The notes: a model not told the origin generated them from the letters alone. A DNA stretch of 63,848 nucleotides, filler included, from Octopus bimaculoides (GCF_001194135.2; 7 parts of 6 records of this genome joined end to end with filler, not necessarily neighbours in it), one strand, 5' to 3'; counted from the first letter of the whole stretch, positions 41,667-55,560 are shown. Program-made: numbers and translations.

Positions 41667-42258
41667 TAGTTTTATTTTTATAACGTGCTTTCACTTCACT
41701 ACCGAGCGCAGCTCTGTGCGCCTTGGGTACGTGCTGTAGNNNNNNNNNNNNNNNNNNNNNNNNNNNNNNNNNNNNNNNNNNNNNNNNNNNNNNNNNNNNN
41801 NNNNNNNNNNNNNNNNNNNNNNNNNNNNNNNNNNNNNNNNNNNNNNNNNNNNNNNNNNNNNNNNNNNNNNNNNNNNNNNNNNNNNNNNNNNNNNNNNNNN
41901 NNNNNNNNNNNNNNNNNNNNNNNNNNNNNNNNNNNNNNNNNNNNNNNNNNNNNNNNNNNNNNNNNNNNNNNNNNNNNNNNNNCTATGATAGGAATTGTTT
42001 CTGTTTTTAGATTCCACATTCGAGTTATCTCTATTTCCAGGTCTTTGTATTTTGAAAGTTTTTCCATTTCTTTTAGAGAAACGTTGTCATCTGCTGGTAT
42101 TGATACATCAATTAGAAAGCATTTTTTTTCTTCATGATCTTTGACAACTATATCTGGTCTATTTGCCTTAATTTCTCTATCTGTGTGTATTGGCATATCC
42201 CAGAGTATGGTTGCTTTCTCGTTTTCTGTGACCTTTTCTGGCGTGTGTTTATACCATC

Positions 42259-42261
<3 letters not shown>
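41663..42261 (-). mobile_element. Second R4/Dong family, 5'-truncated, gap inside
   Basis: KRWYKHTPEKV-ENEKATILWDMPIHTDREIKANRPDIVVKD...LIDVSIP...KEMEKLSKYKDL (PD-D/ExK RLE); (TTA)n on both flanks. Confidence 0.85.
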
Positions 42262-42322
<61 letters not shown>

Positions 42323-42325
42323 CAG

Positions 42326-42497
42326 CAGCAGCAGCACCCAGCTACCAACATGGCTCAAAAGTATAAATGTAAAGATAGAACATCTACAAAAATCAGAATT
42401 GCTTGAAACTGCAAGAATTTTTAGCAGGGTTCTTGAAGCATGACCAGTAAGCAAGTGTCACCTTAGTCTGCTGGTTGAGGGTAGCTGTCACTTTCCG
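42326..42497 (+). mobile_element. R4/Dong extreme 3' fragment
   Basis: TQLPTWLKSINVKIEHLQKSELLETARIFSRVLEA* plus 3' UTR matching 39620-39790. Confidence 0.75.
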
Positions 42498-42862
42498 AAA
42501 GTGCGTGCGTGCGTGTGTGTCTGCTTGTTTATGCTCACACATACATACGCATAGACACACTTTTACATATAACTGTTATATGAATAGATAAATGTGTGAC
42601 ACAGTTCTTTGTAATTTCGGTAACCAATCATCGCAATGCCAATTCTTTTTAGGATATATTACAAATATATTTGCTTGTATATGTCACGTTGCCTCTCTTT
42701 TTCCATCGTTTAAATAACCGGCAGTGTGAAACTAAAAGAAACAATTCAAAATGATTTAGCTTCTAAAAAGTTGTATACATATATACAAATTTGTGTATGC
42801 GTGCCTAGAAAAATAGGAAGATAGATTGCTGCCTGGCTAAATAGACAGAGAGACAGAGAGAC

Positions 42863-42949
<87 letters not shown>

Positions 42950-43399
42950 CAGACAAAAGTTATTTAGCATATATATTGCATTAAACATTTAATAGATACG
43001 TTGATTGTGTGGCTTCGTGTGTTTGGGTAGAAGTCAAGCAACTTTATGTGGTAGGTGTTTAACCAATTAGATCAAATCCACTATTTGACTAACACTTGTC
43101 TACGTATATATATATATATNNNNNNNNNNNNNNNNNNNNNNNNNNNNNNNNNNNNNNNNNNNNTTAATTAATTAANNNNNNNNNNNNNNNNNNNNNNNNN
43201 NNNNNNNNNNNNNNNNNNNGCATTATCGCTGTGAAAACAACATCCATTCATGATTAAAAAATTTTTTTTTTAAATACATGTTTTACCTATGAATTTGCGT
43301 GTGTAAATTGGGAATGCATACAACGTTTCTCTGTCCTAGGTGTACGGAAAACACTCGGCGAGAAATGGGAAAAAATTTGCAGAAAGAAGAAAAAAAAAC

Positions 43400-43461
<62 letters not shown>

Positions 43462-43547
43462 CATAATAATAATAACAATAATAATAATGATAATGATTTA
43501 AAATTTTTCCAACGAGTATGATTCGTTTACATCAGCCTCAGTGTTCA

Positions 43548-43632
43548 ATTGGTACTTATTTTATTGACCCCGGAAAGATGAAAGGCTAAGCATTTTACCC
43601 GGTGTGCTAACGATTCTGCTAGCTCGCCGCCT
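43548..43632 (-). mobile_element. Deleted SINE family B
   Basis: gaccccggaaagatgaaagg fused to gtgtgctaacgattctgctagctcgccgcc. Confidence 0.7.
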
Positions 43633-43691
43633 TTATAATAATAATAATAACAATAATAATAATGACAATAATAATAATAATAATAATAATG

Positions 43692-43734
<43 letters not shown>

Positions 43735-45485
43735 TAATAATAAAATTCATACATGCGCGCACACACACTCACATGCACATGCATATACACACGCATACAA
43801 GCACTCATACACAAACACACAAACCTTTCTAAATATGTATGTGTGTTGGTGTGCATATATAATTCTTTGAAGCTGTTCGCATTATCTGTCGCCTTATCAA
43901 CATTCACGCTTCCAAAATATATCACTTCTAGCTTTTTTCCTGAATCATCCCTCGTAGTGGTCAAAACCAGCAGTCTGACTTATTTATTCATGAAGTATGA
44001 ATTTACATACTTTGTTCTTCAAACAAACCATAAGAACAACATAATATAATACTCTTGCTCTGATCAGTATTTTGTTCTTGTCGTAAAATGAATCCGAATA
44101 TTTCTCAATAAAACTTATTCTTTGATGTCCAATTGATTCTGGAAAATTTATAGTTAAATGAATAGCAAAACTTTAGGGGAAAGGAATTTCCAAAGTACAT
44201 AATTTGTGATAAACCCGATTTTCCTATATTGCTCCCTCCTGATTTTTCTCTTCATCACACCCATTAAATTAAACAATCAAAATGTGCTTCATCGAAATTT
44301 ACAAATATGAAACTAACTGTTGTCTTAATTTTATCAGAGATTAAGATATAGATATTAGGTACCGTATAAAGAAAGTTGGGCTCCAAAGCTTCATCCCTCT
44401 GAAACGAATACCGAATTACCCTTCAAATCACCATCTAAAAAAAAAAAGCAAAGTTGCATTAGTTAACGTAGTGTTTAATAACGGATTATGAAAACTGAAA
44501 ACCGTTCATCGTTGGTCTCTCTGCCCGACAATAACAACAAACTTTTGGATCAATTTTAAAGAATTAAGATGTCGGAGAATGTGATAGTCCGACAGAGAGG
44601 CCGCAGCAAAATGCATCTGCAATGCACTTTCAAGTAACATTTGAAACCAATTAGGGATAGAGATGAATTGCACATCTTCCCATAACGTCCTCTTTTAATG
44701 TGAAATTTAAGCAGACAGCTTGTCTTAAAGTTATTCTTTTGTACAGGAAATTCTGAAGTATACATGAAATAATAATATATAAAACTAACACAGTTATCAT
44801 CCCAGTGGAAAATTAAGACTCCTATAAAACATTGATAAGTGAAAACATTTTAGTCAATTGGAAATATTGTTCACTGATCGAAATATTTGTATTCTTAGAG
44901 TATGAGTGCATGGTGAACTCTTTCTTTGAGTTGCTAGAGGCTAGTGTTAAAGAAGCGTTTATCACAATGATTAGCTTTTAGTTACGACTTGATGTAACAG
45001 CATGCTTAATGCAGATTTGTTTTATTTTCTCTACTTTCTTTATCGTTTCAAAGTAAATTCTCTCATATTCATAGAATGCAGTGCATTGGTATAAATACTG
45101 TATTCAATTTCAATGCCCATCTAGTTGAAAGTATCTATCTTTTATATTGAAAGAAATTTATAAATGTAAATGGTTTGAAGCCATTTTGTTGAACGGTACC
45201 TAAAACTGGTTAATTAAATTCTGTGAATTCTGGTTCCCAAATAAGAGATATAAGCGAAGCGAGAACAGTAAATAGGTCATGTGCATATAAGTTGTAGCTA
45301 AAACTTTTGAATATTATGTGGAAATCTGAGTTAAATGTTTTATGAGTTAATTGATATGAGTTGAATCCATTTAAGAATTATCCAGTTTAGTCAAATAATG
45401 ATAAGGGCTCAATCTATATATAAATTGTTCATGGTTCCTTCTGTAACATTATATAGCAAACTGAACCAGAGTTATGAATAACAGA

Positions 45486-45779
45486 AGAATTATTCTTCTT
45501 ATGGTACTTGGCACCATTTATTTAAAGGTTATTTGTATTACTAAGATTAAACATGTTTTTGTAACAAATAATATTTCGTAATTCGGTCCTTAATTATCAT
45601 ATTTCGTAGTTCCCAACGAAATATGGTGTTAGAATTATTCTTCTTATGGTACTTGGCACCATATATTTAAAGGTTATTTGTATTACTAAGATTAAACATA
45701 TATTTTTGTAACAAATAATATTTCGTAATTCGGTCCTTAATTATCATATTTCGTAGTTCCCAACGAAATATGGTGTTAG
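45486..45779. repeat. Near-perfect tandem duplication (145 + 147 bp)
   Basis: Unit starts agaattattcttcttatggtac at 45486 and 45631. Confidence 0.95.
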
Positions 45780-46984
45780 TTTGGTGGAAGTTAAATATAG
45801 GAATTGTATAATTCATTCCAGAATCTGTGTTCAAAGAACTATCAATGACATTATTTATTATAGGGTTCCTTTGCTGAAACCAATCATATATTAAAATGTC
45901 AATACATAATCAACCATTATGAATGACTTCGCACACTTGATAAATGTCTAAAATTACTGCTGACCTTTACACCCTGACTAATATTCTTCTCATATGATTC
46001 ATCACTTCACATTTCATTAAATACCAACATCATCTGGGAGCAATGTATTTTTCTTTTGTTGAGAAATACTGACTCGTACTCAGGATGTTAAATAGATAAA
46101 AGCTTGCTTAATGTAAACATTTTGAGCTGTAAACCAGTTATAACATTTTACTGAAATTAGAATAAGATACTCTCGTTTCGACAAAATGTTTACAGATTTA
46201 TATTTCAGGAAAGATGGAGGAATGTTGTAAATATAACTAACTCATCCGTTGGATCAAGAATGTTTTTATGACCCATACAGCAAACGGTCCAAATATGCAA
46301 AAAGTTAGAGATATGGTCGAAGAAACAAATTTTTACATAGACTATGAGTGATTCTGAAATTAAAAAAAAAAGAAGGGATACTAGTCTTAGGTGCAAATTT
46401 CCAATGATAGACTACTAGACCTATGTAGTTTGAATTTTTGTCATCGCTGTCTATTTTCTAACATCGAATGCCTGTAAATAAAAGTTTTAAAATACATTTT
46501 AAAGTTAACGTACTGAAAGTGTACTTTCAAAATCTCGGAAATAACGTCAAAACTGTTAAATTTCCATAGTATTCTATTTAGGAATTTTCTAAAGATTAGT
46601 TTTTGATTCATATATTGAGGAAAATATGAATAGTTTCTTAATATTTAATGTCAAAAGTAGTTAGTATAGTTTAAATGTTTGTTGTTTGTGGATGTGCTTG
46701 TTCATGTGTTTATCTGTTCACGTCTGTGTACTGATATACATTCAAGCATGTAAGTAGAGATATAATATATTTATGGGTAAAATTAGTCACTGGAGAAAGG
46801 CCAAGGTTCATAATTTACATGCTACAGATGACACGGTACCCACAGAAACAATATTCTACAAGATCATAAAATATAAAGGGAGAGTGGTTGCTGAAGGCTT
46901 GACAAGGAAAATAATGTTTTCATCAGTTTTTTTTTTTTTATAGTATTTCTACGAGCATGTGGCCGTTCGAAATTGACCATATAT

Positions 46985-47885
46985 GCAGGTTCTTCCAGAC
47001 CGAGGACTTCATGCAACTAACGTTCCTTTTAAGCTGTTGCAGTTGTGCAGCTGTAGGAAAGATATGAGCAGGGAGACGATTCCAGATGGCTGATGTTCTG
47101 GGAAAAAAGGATTGAAATAATGGTTAGTCAAGACTGAGAGATTAGACGCACCATGAATGACGGCAGATGCAAAAGGCAAGAACGTCGGCGATGTCTGAGT
47201 GGTCAAGTTGAGACCATTCAGCTTCGAGGAAGAAAGCTCGTTATATAGCGTTATTTAACCAGAGGAGGGAGGCAGCATGTCAGTGGGCTAGATTGTGGAG
47301 TTTGTCCATTAGTAATTTACCTCCAATTAATCTATCAATTATTCTCTGGATGTGGTCCAGAATGTCTATGTGCGCAGTAACAGCACCGTCTCATATAGGA
47401 GTAAACCTCACGTGAACCTTGTTGAGTGTCAGCAACTTTTGAATATTTTCTGGTCCTAAACAGAAGGTCTAGTCTTTGGGATGCAGTCCTAGTTATGCTA
47501 AGGATATGTTTTCAACACGTGAGATCATATAAGTGATACTTGAGTATTTTCTTTTAAATTTTTGCTGTTAAAAGAGACAAGGATAATGTCGTCCTACTGA
47601 AAGATCTCTGTTTATAGGATAGATGCAGGTTTAGCGTATGGTATCTCCGCTGGATATCACATGATGGAGGAAGGAACACCAGAAGATATTGATTGAGAAT
47701 GGGGCAGAAAGGTCTCTGTTAATGCATGCGACGACGGTGCTATCAGATAGAAAGCTGTCAATCCGAGAGATGAGAGTTGATTGAGCCCACAAGTCGGAAG
47801 ATTTGATACGTGATTTGCGTACTAGACAACCGAAGGTTTTGTTGATGGCTATGACGTCAACGTTGCTTTTATTATGCTTCTCTGA
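46985..47885 (-). mobile_element. Degenerate CR1/L2-group LINE, RT 3' half
   Basis: ISRIDSFLSDSTVV...SGVP and C-terminal SFFPRTSAIWNRLPAHIFP. Confidence 0.65.
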
Positions 47886-48269
47886 AATTAGATCCCACGG
47901 GTAAATATCATGAAATTATACCTCACCGGTGGATTTGACTCTCTGAAAACCCTACTGGTGCTCACTGAGGGCACAGGGAGAAAGAGGAGTGAGTGAGAAA
48001 GAGAGAGAATGTGTGTGTATATGTGTGTGTACGCGCACGTGTGTGAAGGAAATATTCGATGCCTGAAAAAGATAGGTTTTTCGAAAAAAAAAAAAAATGA
48101 AGCAATCAACACGCACATTGCAATTTAAATACGTTGAAATGTCTGGTTTCGTAGGCTAATAATTGTTCAATTTAATAATTATGTTTATGGTGATAATTGT
48201 GTGTCAGAGTAATAATCAATGGTCACTAACCGTAAGATTTACACCATTAATTGGTTGAAGCCACTTCAT

Positions 48270-48398
48270 TACTTACTTATTTTACCGCGCCAGTAGAGTG
48301 AAAAGTCAACTCAACCTTGGAGAGATTTGAGCTTAGAACATCACAGGCAGAACTACACAAGCTAAAATATATTGCCGAGCACGCTAACGTCTTTGCCA
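48270..48398 (-). mobile_element. Old SINE family B-like copy
   Basis: tacttatttt...aagtcaactc...gcacgctaacgtctttgcca. Confidence 0.45.
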
Positions 48399-49557
48399 TG
48401 ACTATCACTATTAAGATGGACCCCCTCGATTGCAGAAGTAGTAGAGTGGAGAAAATGCTTGGTCATATGTAGAGTAATGTCACTTAACTTTCTGAATTCA
48501 GATTTTCCCCCTTTGTCTATATTTCTTTCCATTCGTTCGATGTCCATAATACTAATCAGTATTGTGGCGAACTGAATATACAACTCGCCTTCTATTTATA
48601 GCCTTTAGCTTTTGTCATAAATCAATAGTCGAAAGGAATATATGAAAATTTAAGCAGAAATAATTCTAAGAAATCTAAACCACTTGCACAGACATTGTAA
48701 TTAGAAAAAAAAAACAAAAAAAAAAACATAAATAATGCAGTATAATGAAAAAACTGATATTCTGGAGAAAAATTTAGGGAGAAAAATACGAAAATTTTAT
48801 AACAGATGCAATGCCAAACAAAACTCGTTGTTTTAGCGAAAAGGATTTTCGAAAACAATAAAAGAGGCAAGGTTAAACACATAATTTAATGACTTTATCA
48901 AACCATGTCCTAAATTCCGTATGTTTCTCTTTTATAGAATTGACAGATAGGTTGACATAACGCTATTAATAAATCACGTGTTGCTAGAGAATTTTTGGAA
49001 CAAAACAGAGTAGAATGGTGAAATGGTTTTTACGCAAATTGAAATAATGTACACAATTTTGTCTGTCTCTTTTATCTCTCTGTATACATACGCATAAAAC
49101 AAATCTATAGATTGTGAATACATTACATGTATCCATATAATGTTATCATTTTTGTGATGCTGGAGACTTGATCTTTGTAACTCTATTCATTCTTTTCATG
49201 ACACCTTTATTACAGTTAGGGATTCGTAAACAAACACAGTTTCTTCCGTTTTTTTCTTTTTTTCAACCAAATTTGTAATGAAGATATTGACTGAAGTACA
49301 TAGAGACAAAAATGAAGTACGGATGAATATGAATATAGTGAAGTATATACGTAAATGTGGTTATCAATTTCAAGTCATACGTATATGTGCGCGCGCGCGT
49401 GCGTATGTTTGATAATATGTTATAGGCTGTTTGTCTCAATTTCTACATGGATGCAGGTGTTTCAAACAATAGCTATATAAACGCGTATATTAAACATTTA
49501 TAAAGAAAGACAATTTAGATTATTCTCCGATATTTGCAGACAACCAAAATATCTACC

Positions 49558-49592
<35 letters not shown>

Positions 49593-49747
49593 ATGTCTGT
49601 CTGTCTGTTTGTCTGTCTGTCTATTCGTCCGTCCGTCCGTCCGTCCGTCCGTCCGTCCGTCCGTCCGTCCGTCCGTCCGTTCGTCTGCCTGCCTGCCTGC
49701 CTGTCTGTCTGTCTATCTGTCTGTCTGTCTGTCTATCTCTCTATCTC

Positions 49748-49800
<53 letters not shown>

Positions 49801-50541
49801 ATTATTCTCATTGGTATTTATAGTGACGTATATACATGACTTGCATTGGTTTTTAGATAAAGCTGCCACGAAACAAATAGAGAACCAGTACTTATAAAGC
49901 AACTAAATTTCTGTCCAAACCCACGTTATACTGATGCCTTAACAATTTAGGGCATTTTGGTCGGTCAAGTCATAGAAAGATAAACAAATAATCGATAGTC
50001 ATGACTTGATTGTATTTAGCTGTAGAGCTGCTCACATAGGGCTAACTCGGAACTAAATAAAAATTTACAATAGTAAATGAAATCGTATATTCGTTTGTAG
50101 ATATTCGGTGATGATATTGAAGAGAATTGTTATATTTTAGTAGAGAGAAAAACTTCCCATTAATTTTGCATGTTTTTCTTTTTATCTTTCGCATTATGTA
50201 AATGTATGCTTTACACTTGAATTCTACTATGCACACATTCTTTTCTTAATCCCAGATCATTATGTCTAGTCTATGGTATTTACATTGTACATAGAGTTTT
50301 AATAGGAGTATTCTTTGGTATTATGAATGAGCATGCCTTTACATCACGGAAAATAGGTATATTTTCATATAAGAGATAATCCTTTCTTCGGATTGCATTG
50401 AATAATAAGTTGACTATTCCCCATGGTAGAAATATTGTGATGATATTTCCGGACAGCTGTTTAGGTATGTATGTATGTATGTATGTATGTATGTATGTAT
50501 GTATGTATGCATGTATGTATGTATGTGTGTATGTATGTATG

Positions 50542-50572
<31 letters not shown>

Positions 50573-50929
50573 GTATGTATGTATGTATGTATGTATGTAT
50601 GTGTGTGTGTGTATGTATGTATGTATGTATGTATGTATGTATGTATGTATGTATGTGATGGATGGATGTATCATGTGTGTATATGCGTATTTGTATATAT
50701 ATATTCTGGCTTTATTTTAAAATCCTCATATTTCGAGAAAGTGTTGGTTTCCAACCTTCCAAAATACTGCTTCGATAGAATTTAGACATCAACTATATCG
50801 TCGTATATGCATGTATGCATGTATATAAGCATGTTATTAATTGGGCACATCTATATGTTTTGATATGGGTACAGATACATATAATATTTGCATGTGTTTA
50901 TGTGCGTGTATGTTCCTATCAAAAACTTC

Positions 50930-51050
50930 TTATGACTGATACCAACATTGTTATCGACATTAAGATTGATACCAAGATAGTTAGCTACGTTACCAAGTGC
51001 CCTAATGATTACAAGTGACATCCGCTTGGGAAAGTCTGAACATTGCTTTT
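50930..51050 (-). mobile_element. Small R4/Dong C-terminal remnant
   Basis: VIIRALGNVANYLGI resembles the VIGALG motif; adjoining tattatt. Confidence 0.35.
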
Positions 51051-51890
51051 TATTATTATTCTTTTTCTATAAAACTATGTCACCGTCTGCAAAAATCTTT
51101 GCTCTGTCTTAAGTGTGTTGCTTGTTTAAACTACATTTTAGAGACGTTTTGACAGTAATGTTCCATCAGTATTATCATTCAAGTATGGTAGTAGTTGAAT
51201 AATATTCTTAAGGCCGCAATTTACTCACACGCAGCACATTTCAGAACGTGTCGCTAATTCAATTCTTAACCAAATTGACAACTGTTAAAATTTTTGAAGA
51301 GGACTTGTCCCTAGCTGCATTCGGCATAGAAAAATTGAGACTTGATCCAGTAGAAAAAAGTTTACATCAAAATTTGTAGCAACGTTATAGGAGAGTAAGT
51401 AACGCGCCCATCAAGTTGAAACCTAAATAACTTTTTTAATTTCAAAGTAAAATATATTTATCTTAGTTTCAATGGTAGATGAAAGTTTTGCTCCCATGGT
51501 AACAAATATTTGTATCGAAAAAGTTGTGAGGTAAAATATCATGAAAAAATATACTGCAAAAAATTGGATTCAAGTATAATTAACTTTTTCTAATTTTAAA
51601 AACAAACTATATTTTAATTAAGCTTAAATGATAAAGCTCAATTCGAGAAATTTCGTGGAATCAATCTCATGCAATGAAGTTTTAGCAGAAAAAGGTTATG
51701 AGTGTTTGTTTCTCAAATTTGAGGGTCATAATGTTGTTCTATACTTTTTTATAAATAAAGTTCTATAAAAGGACTTTTAATATATGTCACTGGCGTCATT
51801 GATGTAAGGAATAATTATCAACAACACCGCTAATTGACACATTTGAGACATTATTAATTAACATAATAGCATAGCCTGGAAAAAACATGG

Positions 51891-52075
51891 ATTACATGGA
51901 AAAATGTGAGTAAGAGAAATAATATTCTTAAGATTATAAAAATGTTCTTGTTCTGTACTTTACCAAATGTAATAAGTTGTCCTGAACATTTCCAAGTGTA
52001 ATAACTTGTCTTGTAATTTTCCAGGTTTATAATCTTAAGAATATCATTTCTTTTGCTCGCATTTTCCCATGTAAT
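51891..52075. mobile_element. MITE-like foldback element with 50-bp terminal inverted repeats
   Basis: 51891-51940 vs reverse complement of 52026-52075: 45/50 identical, all differences are transitions. Confidence 0.55.
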
Positions 52076-53030
52076 ATTATATCTAGGGTAATGTATTATA
52101 TTATATTATGGCAAGTACCTCTACTTACCTTCAACGTATTATATTCTTACCTTTAAAAGTATCTTTTCTCTAGATTGCATTCTATATTTTTTCGGCACTA
52201 CATCATGCTTCATAAGGAGATCGTATCGCAATGAAATTTTTGGACACCTACTGATGATGTTGAATATTCGGTGTTATTCCACAGAGATGACATTGTTATT
52301 CTTCTGTATTTGACCTCAATCATTATTTCTTTAGTGCATCTGGCGTTCTGTTGTTTCTTGTGTCTGAATTGTAAAAGCATACTCATCAAAGTGAGAGTTA
52401 ATGCACTGATAGTTGGCTCGAAATTATTTTAGTTATCTATCTTACTAAGACTGTGACGCTTTCTAGTAACTAGCAATGCACAACCATCTGGTGGTAAGTT
52501 GAAAACGTTTTGTCTAATGTTTTGTTATAGCAAAACTGTACAACTCACTCAGATGTATATTTTTGGTCATCAGTCAGAAAATCCTATCCGAGAAGCTACT
52601 AATCCTGGTGGTTAGTAAATGTAGTCAATAGGATGCGGCGAAACATTCAAAGAGTATCCGGATCACTGTCAAACCTCTCTGCTTACTTATCTTTGATGTA
52701 GGTAGAGACGTTCAACATCTAATATAGATGTAGAAATTTGCGCTATTGGTTAATAGCTTTCAGCTTTTAACGTTAACAGTCAGGATTTCATCTAGCATCC
52801 GGTTTTATATAGCCCACCAGTTGGAATTCGTGCCACAAATATATTGTGAATAACTGATTTAGAGTATGTAGAGAGTTCTGAGTACTAAGTTTTTTATTGG
52901 GATTTTATAATCACTAGATAAGCGTTTTTCGTCATAATATCCTTCATGAAACACATTTCGGAAAATTAGTGACCCTTGATAGAGATGTTCATAGATTCCC
53001 TTTTAGTGATCCCTCATTTTATACTCATTA

Positions 53031-53074
<44 letters not shown>

Positions 53075-53099
53075 TGTCTGTGTGTGTGTAAGTGCGTGC

Positions 53100-54600
53100 G
53101 CGTCTAACCGGTAGGTTATGGGAACATAAACACACCAGCATCGCTTTCAAGGGATAGCAGGGGGACAAACACAGACACAGACACAGACACAGACACACAG
53201 ACACACATTTATATATATATATATATATTATTCTAATATGGGATAGGACCACCTTTGGCAGTAATTACAGCTTGAATTCTACGAAGTATGGATTCGTACA
53301 AAGTTTCAATTGTTTCCAAAGGAATTTTTCCCATTCTTTAGCTAAAACAGTCTCCAGTTCTTGTAGTGATGATGGTGGAGGATATCGATTCCTTGTTTTT
53401 CTAAAATGCACCATAAATGTTCAATAATATTGAGATCTGGGGACTGTGGTGGCTGGATAAGATGTCCAACTTCACTAGAAAGTTCCTCTTGCCATTCAGT
53501 AACAGCTTTAGGCGTGTGAATTGTTGCGTTATCATCCTGAAAGATTGCGTTTCCCACCGGAAACAGTTACGCAACCATAGGATGAACTTGATGAGATAAA
53601 ATGCTTAGATAGTCCTGACTATTAATTCTGCCATGAAGGGAAACCATTGGGCCGGCAAATTTCCAAAGTATAGCCCCCGCCTCCAGATAATCACAGATCT
53701 TCCTCCATATTTAACAGTTGCAAGAAGGCAGTCTGGGTCAAATGCTTCTTTTGGATGTCTCCACAGGTATACGCGGCCGTGTCGGAAATAATGTAAAGAA
53801 TGACTCGTCCGAGATAATAACATTCTTCCACTGCTCTAGGGACTAATTCTGTAGGTTTTTACTCCACTCTAAACGATTTGCAACGTTTATTTTTGAAAGT
53901 AGTGGTTTTCTGATTGCAGCCCTCCCATGAAAACCGGCGAACAATTTTTGTGGTAACTGGGTTCTCGAGGTAGTCATTAAGCTCAGCAGTAATTTTGGGA
54001 GCTGCACTTTTGTGATTCTTTCTAACAATTCGCATAAGAGTCCAACGGTCCCTATCTGAAAGTTTTGGTTTTCTTCTGGAGCTTTGTTTTGACGAGAATG
54101 TTTTTCCCTCTTTCTCCAAGGCTGTCATTACTTTCGAGACAGTACTTCTTGATACACCAAACTTTTCGGCTATTTTCGTTACGCGCGCGCCTATCATACG
54201 AGCACCAACAATTTGAAGTGTTTGAAAGTCCGATAGATCTGTCATTTTGATGAATTTTAATTACCTTTATCTAATGATATCTGAAAAGAAACAGCAATTT
54301 TAGTAAAACATATTAAGCAACACTATTAATAAATGAAAAACCATAAAAATAAACTAGCTTTTGTCGGTTTTATAGATATTTCAAAATTATGATGCTATGA
54401 TGCCAGGTGTTTCCCTTATTTTGTCCAGCCCCTGTATATACGACAGGATTCTTTCAGTTTCCGTCTACCAAATCCACTCAAAGGCTTTGGTCGGCCCGAT
54501 GCTATAATAGACGACATTTGCCCAAAGTGTCACGCAGTGATACTGAAACCGGAACCATGTAGTTTGTAAGTAAGCTTCTTACCCCACAACCACGTCTGTG
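53100..54600 (-). mobile_element. SINE family A interrupted by the Tc1 element
   Basis: 3' part 53100-53228 and 5' part 54437-54600 are collinear across the Tc1. Confidence 0.8.
53229..54436 (-). mobile_element. Tc1/mariner transposon fossil with DD36E spacing; one TIR retained
   Basis: TA+CAGGGGCTGGACAAAATAAGGGAAACAC end; MTDLSDFQ...HTH; KYGGRSVIIW; FQDDNA-x-SPDLNIIEHLW with 36 residues between D and E; C-terminus YESILRRIQAVITAKGGPIPY*; frameshifted. Confidence 0.9.
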
Positions 54601-55149
54601 CTTATATGTATATATTTATGTAATTAATTATGTAAGTACACATGTATGCAGTCGTAAATGATTATATGTATACGTGTATAGATGTATATATGTACATAAA
54701 CTTATATATAGTTTGCTGAAATGTTTGTCCAACTACGCGAATGTTCTACTTCAACTTAAATAGGACTCTGTCGAAACCAATCCTTATGGACAATGATATG
54801 AAGTAGAAGGATATGCCTGCATCAACTTTATTTCTATATAATTTGCAATTTTGATTGCTCATGTATGATCTAGGTAACTTCGTGCGCTATCGTAGTACTT
54901 ACTGGTAAACTGTTTAATCTGAATCGTTTCAAAGGTAAATCGAGTACCTTTATAAATAGTTCGCGAGGTTTTGTACGTTAATAATTATTATCTTGGGTCT
55001 CACATAAAGCAGGAAATAAAAAAAAATGTGGACGTTCTCACCAGTGCCGCTTCTGCTTCTGGACTGAAGAAAACTCAAGTGATGCTTATATCCGTTCCAC
55101 GTGAGCCGCATATGAAACAAAATACATATTATAAAATATATATTTAAAA

Positions 55150-55560
55150 GTCAAGACTTAGTTGATTCTTGGCAACTCTCTTTTCAGGATGAATCTCTGA
55201 CATCAATCTGAAAATTGAGATGGTTTCAATTGCACTTTGGAGTCTTGAAAGTTGAGAATGGTCAGGAGACTATTCAAATGTTTCTGCAAGCTATGAATCA
55301 ATGATACCTGTGCTACTCGTCTATACCATAAACATCAGTACATCAAAATACTCGAAAGATTTCATCAGAGGTGCTGAAAGGGAGAGTTGTGTATCTTTTA
55401 CACTTGATACAAAATAATTAGAATCTGGCCTTTTCTAGTCCCATATGGGATAGGTTGGTTATGCTTCCTGTCTTGATGATTTCAAGATTATGAAGCAATA
55501 ATTTATGCCAAATTACTTCCCGGAAATCGAAACTTCAGGGTTTCAGAAAAGATACACTTA
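55150..55560 (+). mobile_element. Degenerate RTE RT C-terminal fragment
   Basis: YIKILERFHQRC motif and surrounding similarity. Confidence 0.45.

Noticed and set aside
42688-42731. Possible 44-nt exon FHTAGYLNDGKREA (phase 0 to 2) with strong acceptor
   Set aside because: Weak GTGACA donor and it needs an unproven 2-to-0 partner exon; left out of the model.
52150-52364. Phase-2 acceptor with ~50 open codons (HKKQQNARCTKE...)
   Set aside because: In-frame stop before the strong donors; only a weak internal donor rescues it.
53859-54245. ORF track lists the 128-aa MTDLSDFQ ORF on +
   Set aside because: The sequence reads this peptide on the minus strand (atgacagatcta is the reverse complement of 54234-54245); it is the Tc1 N-terminus.
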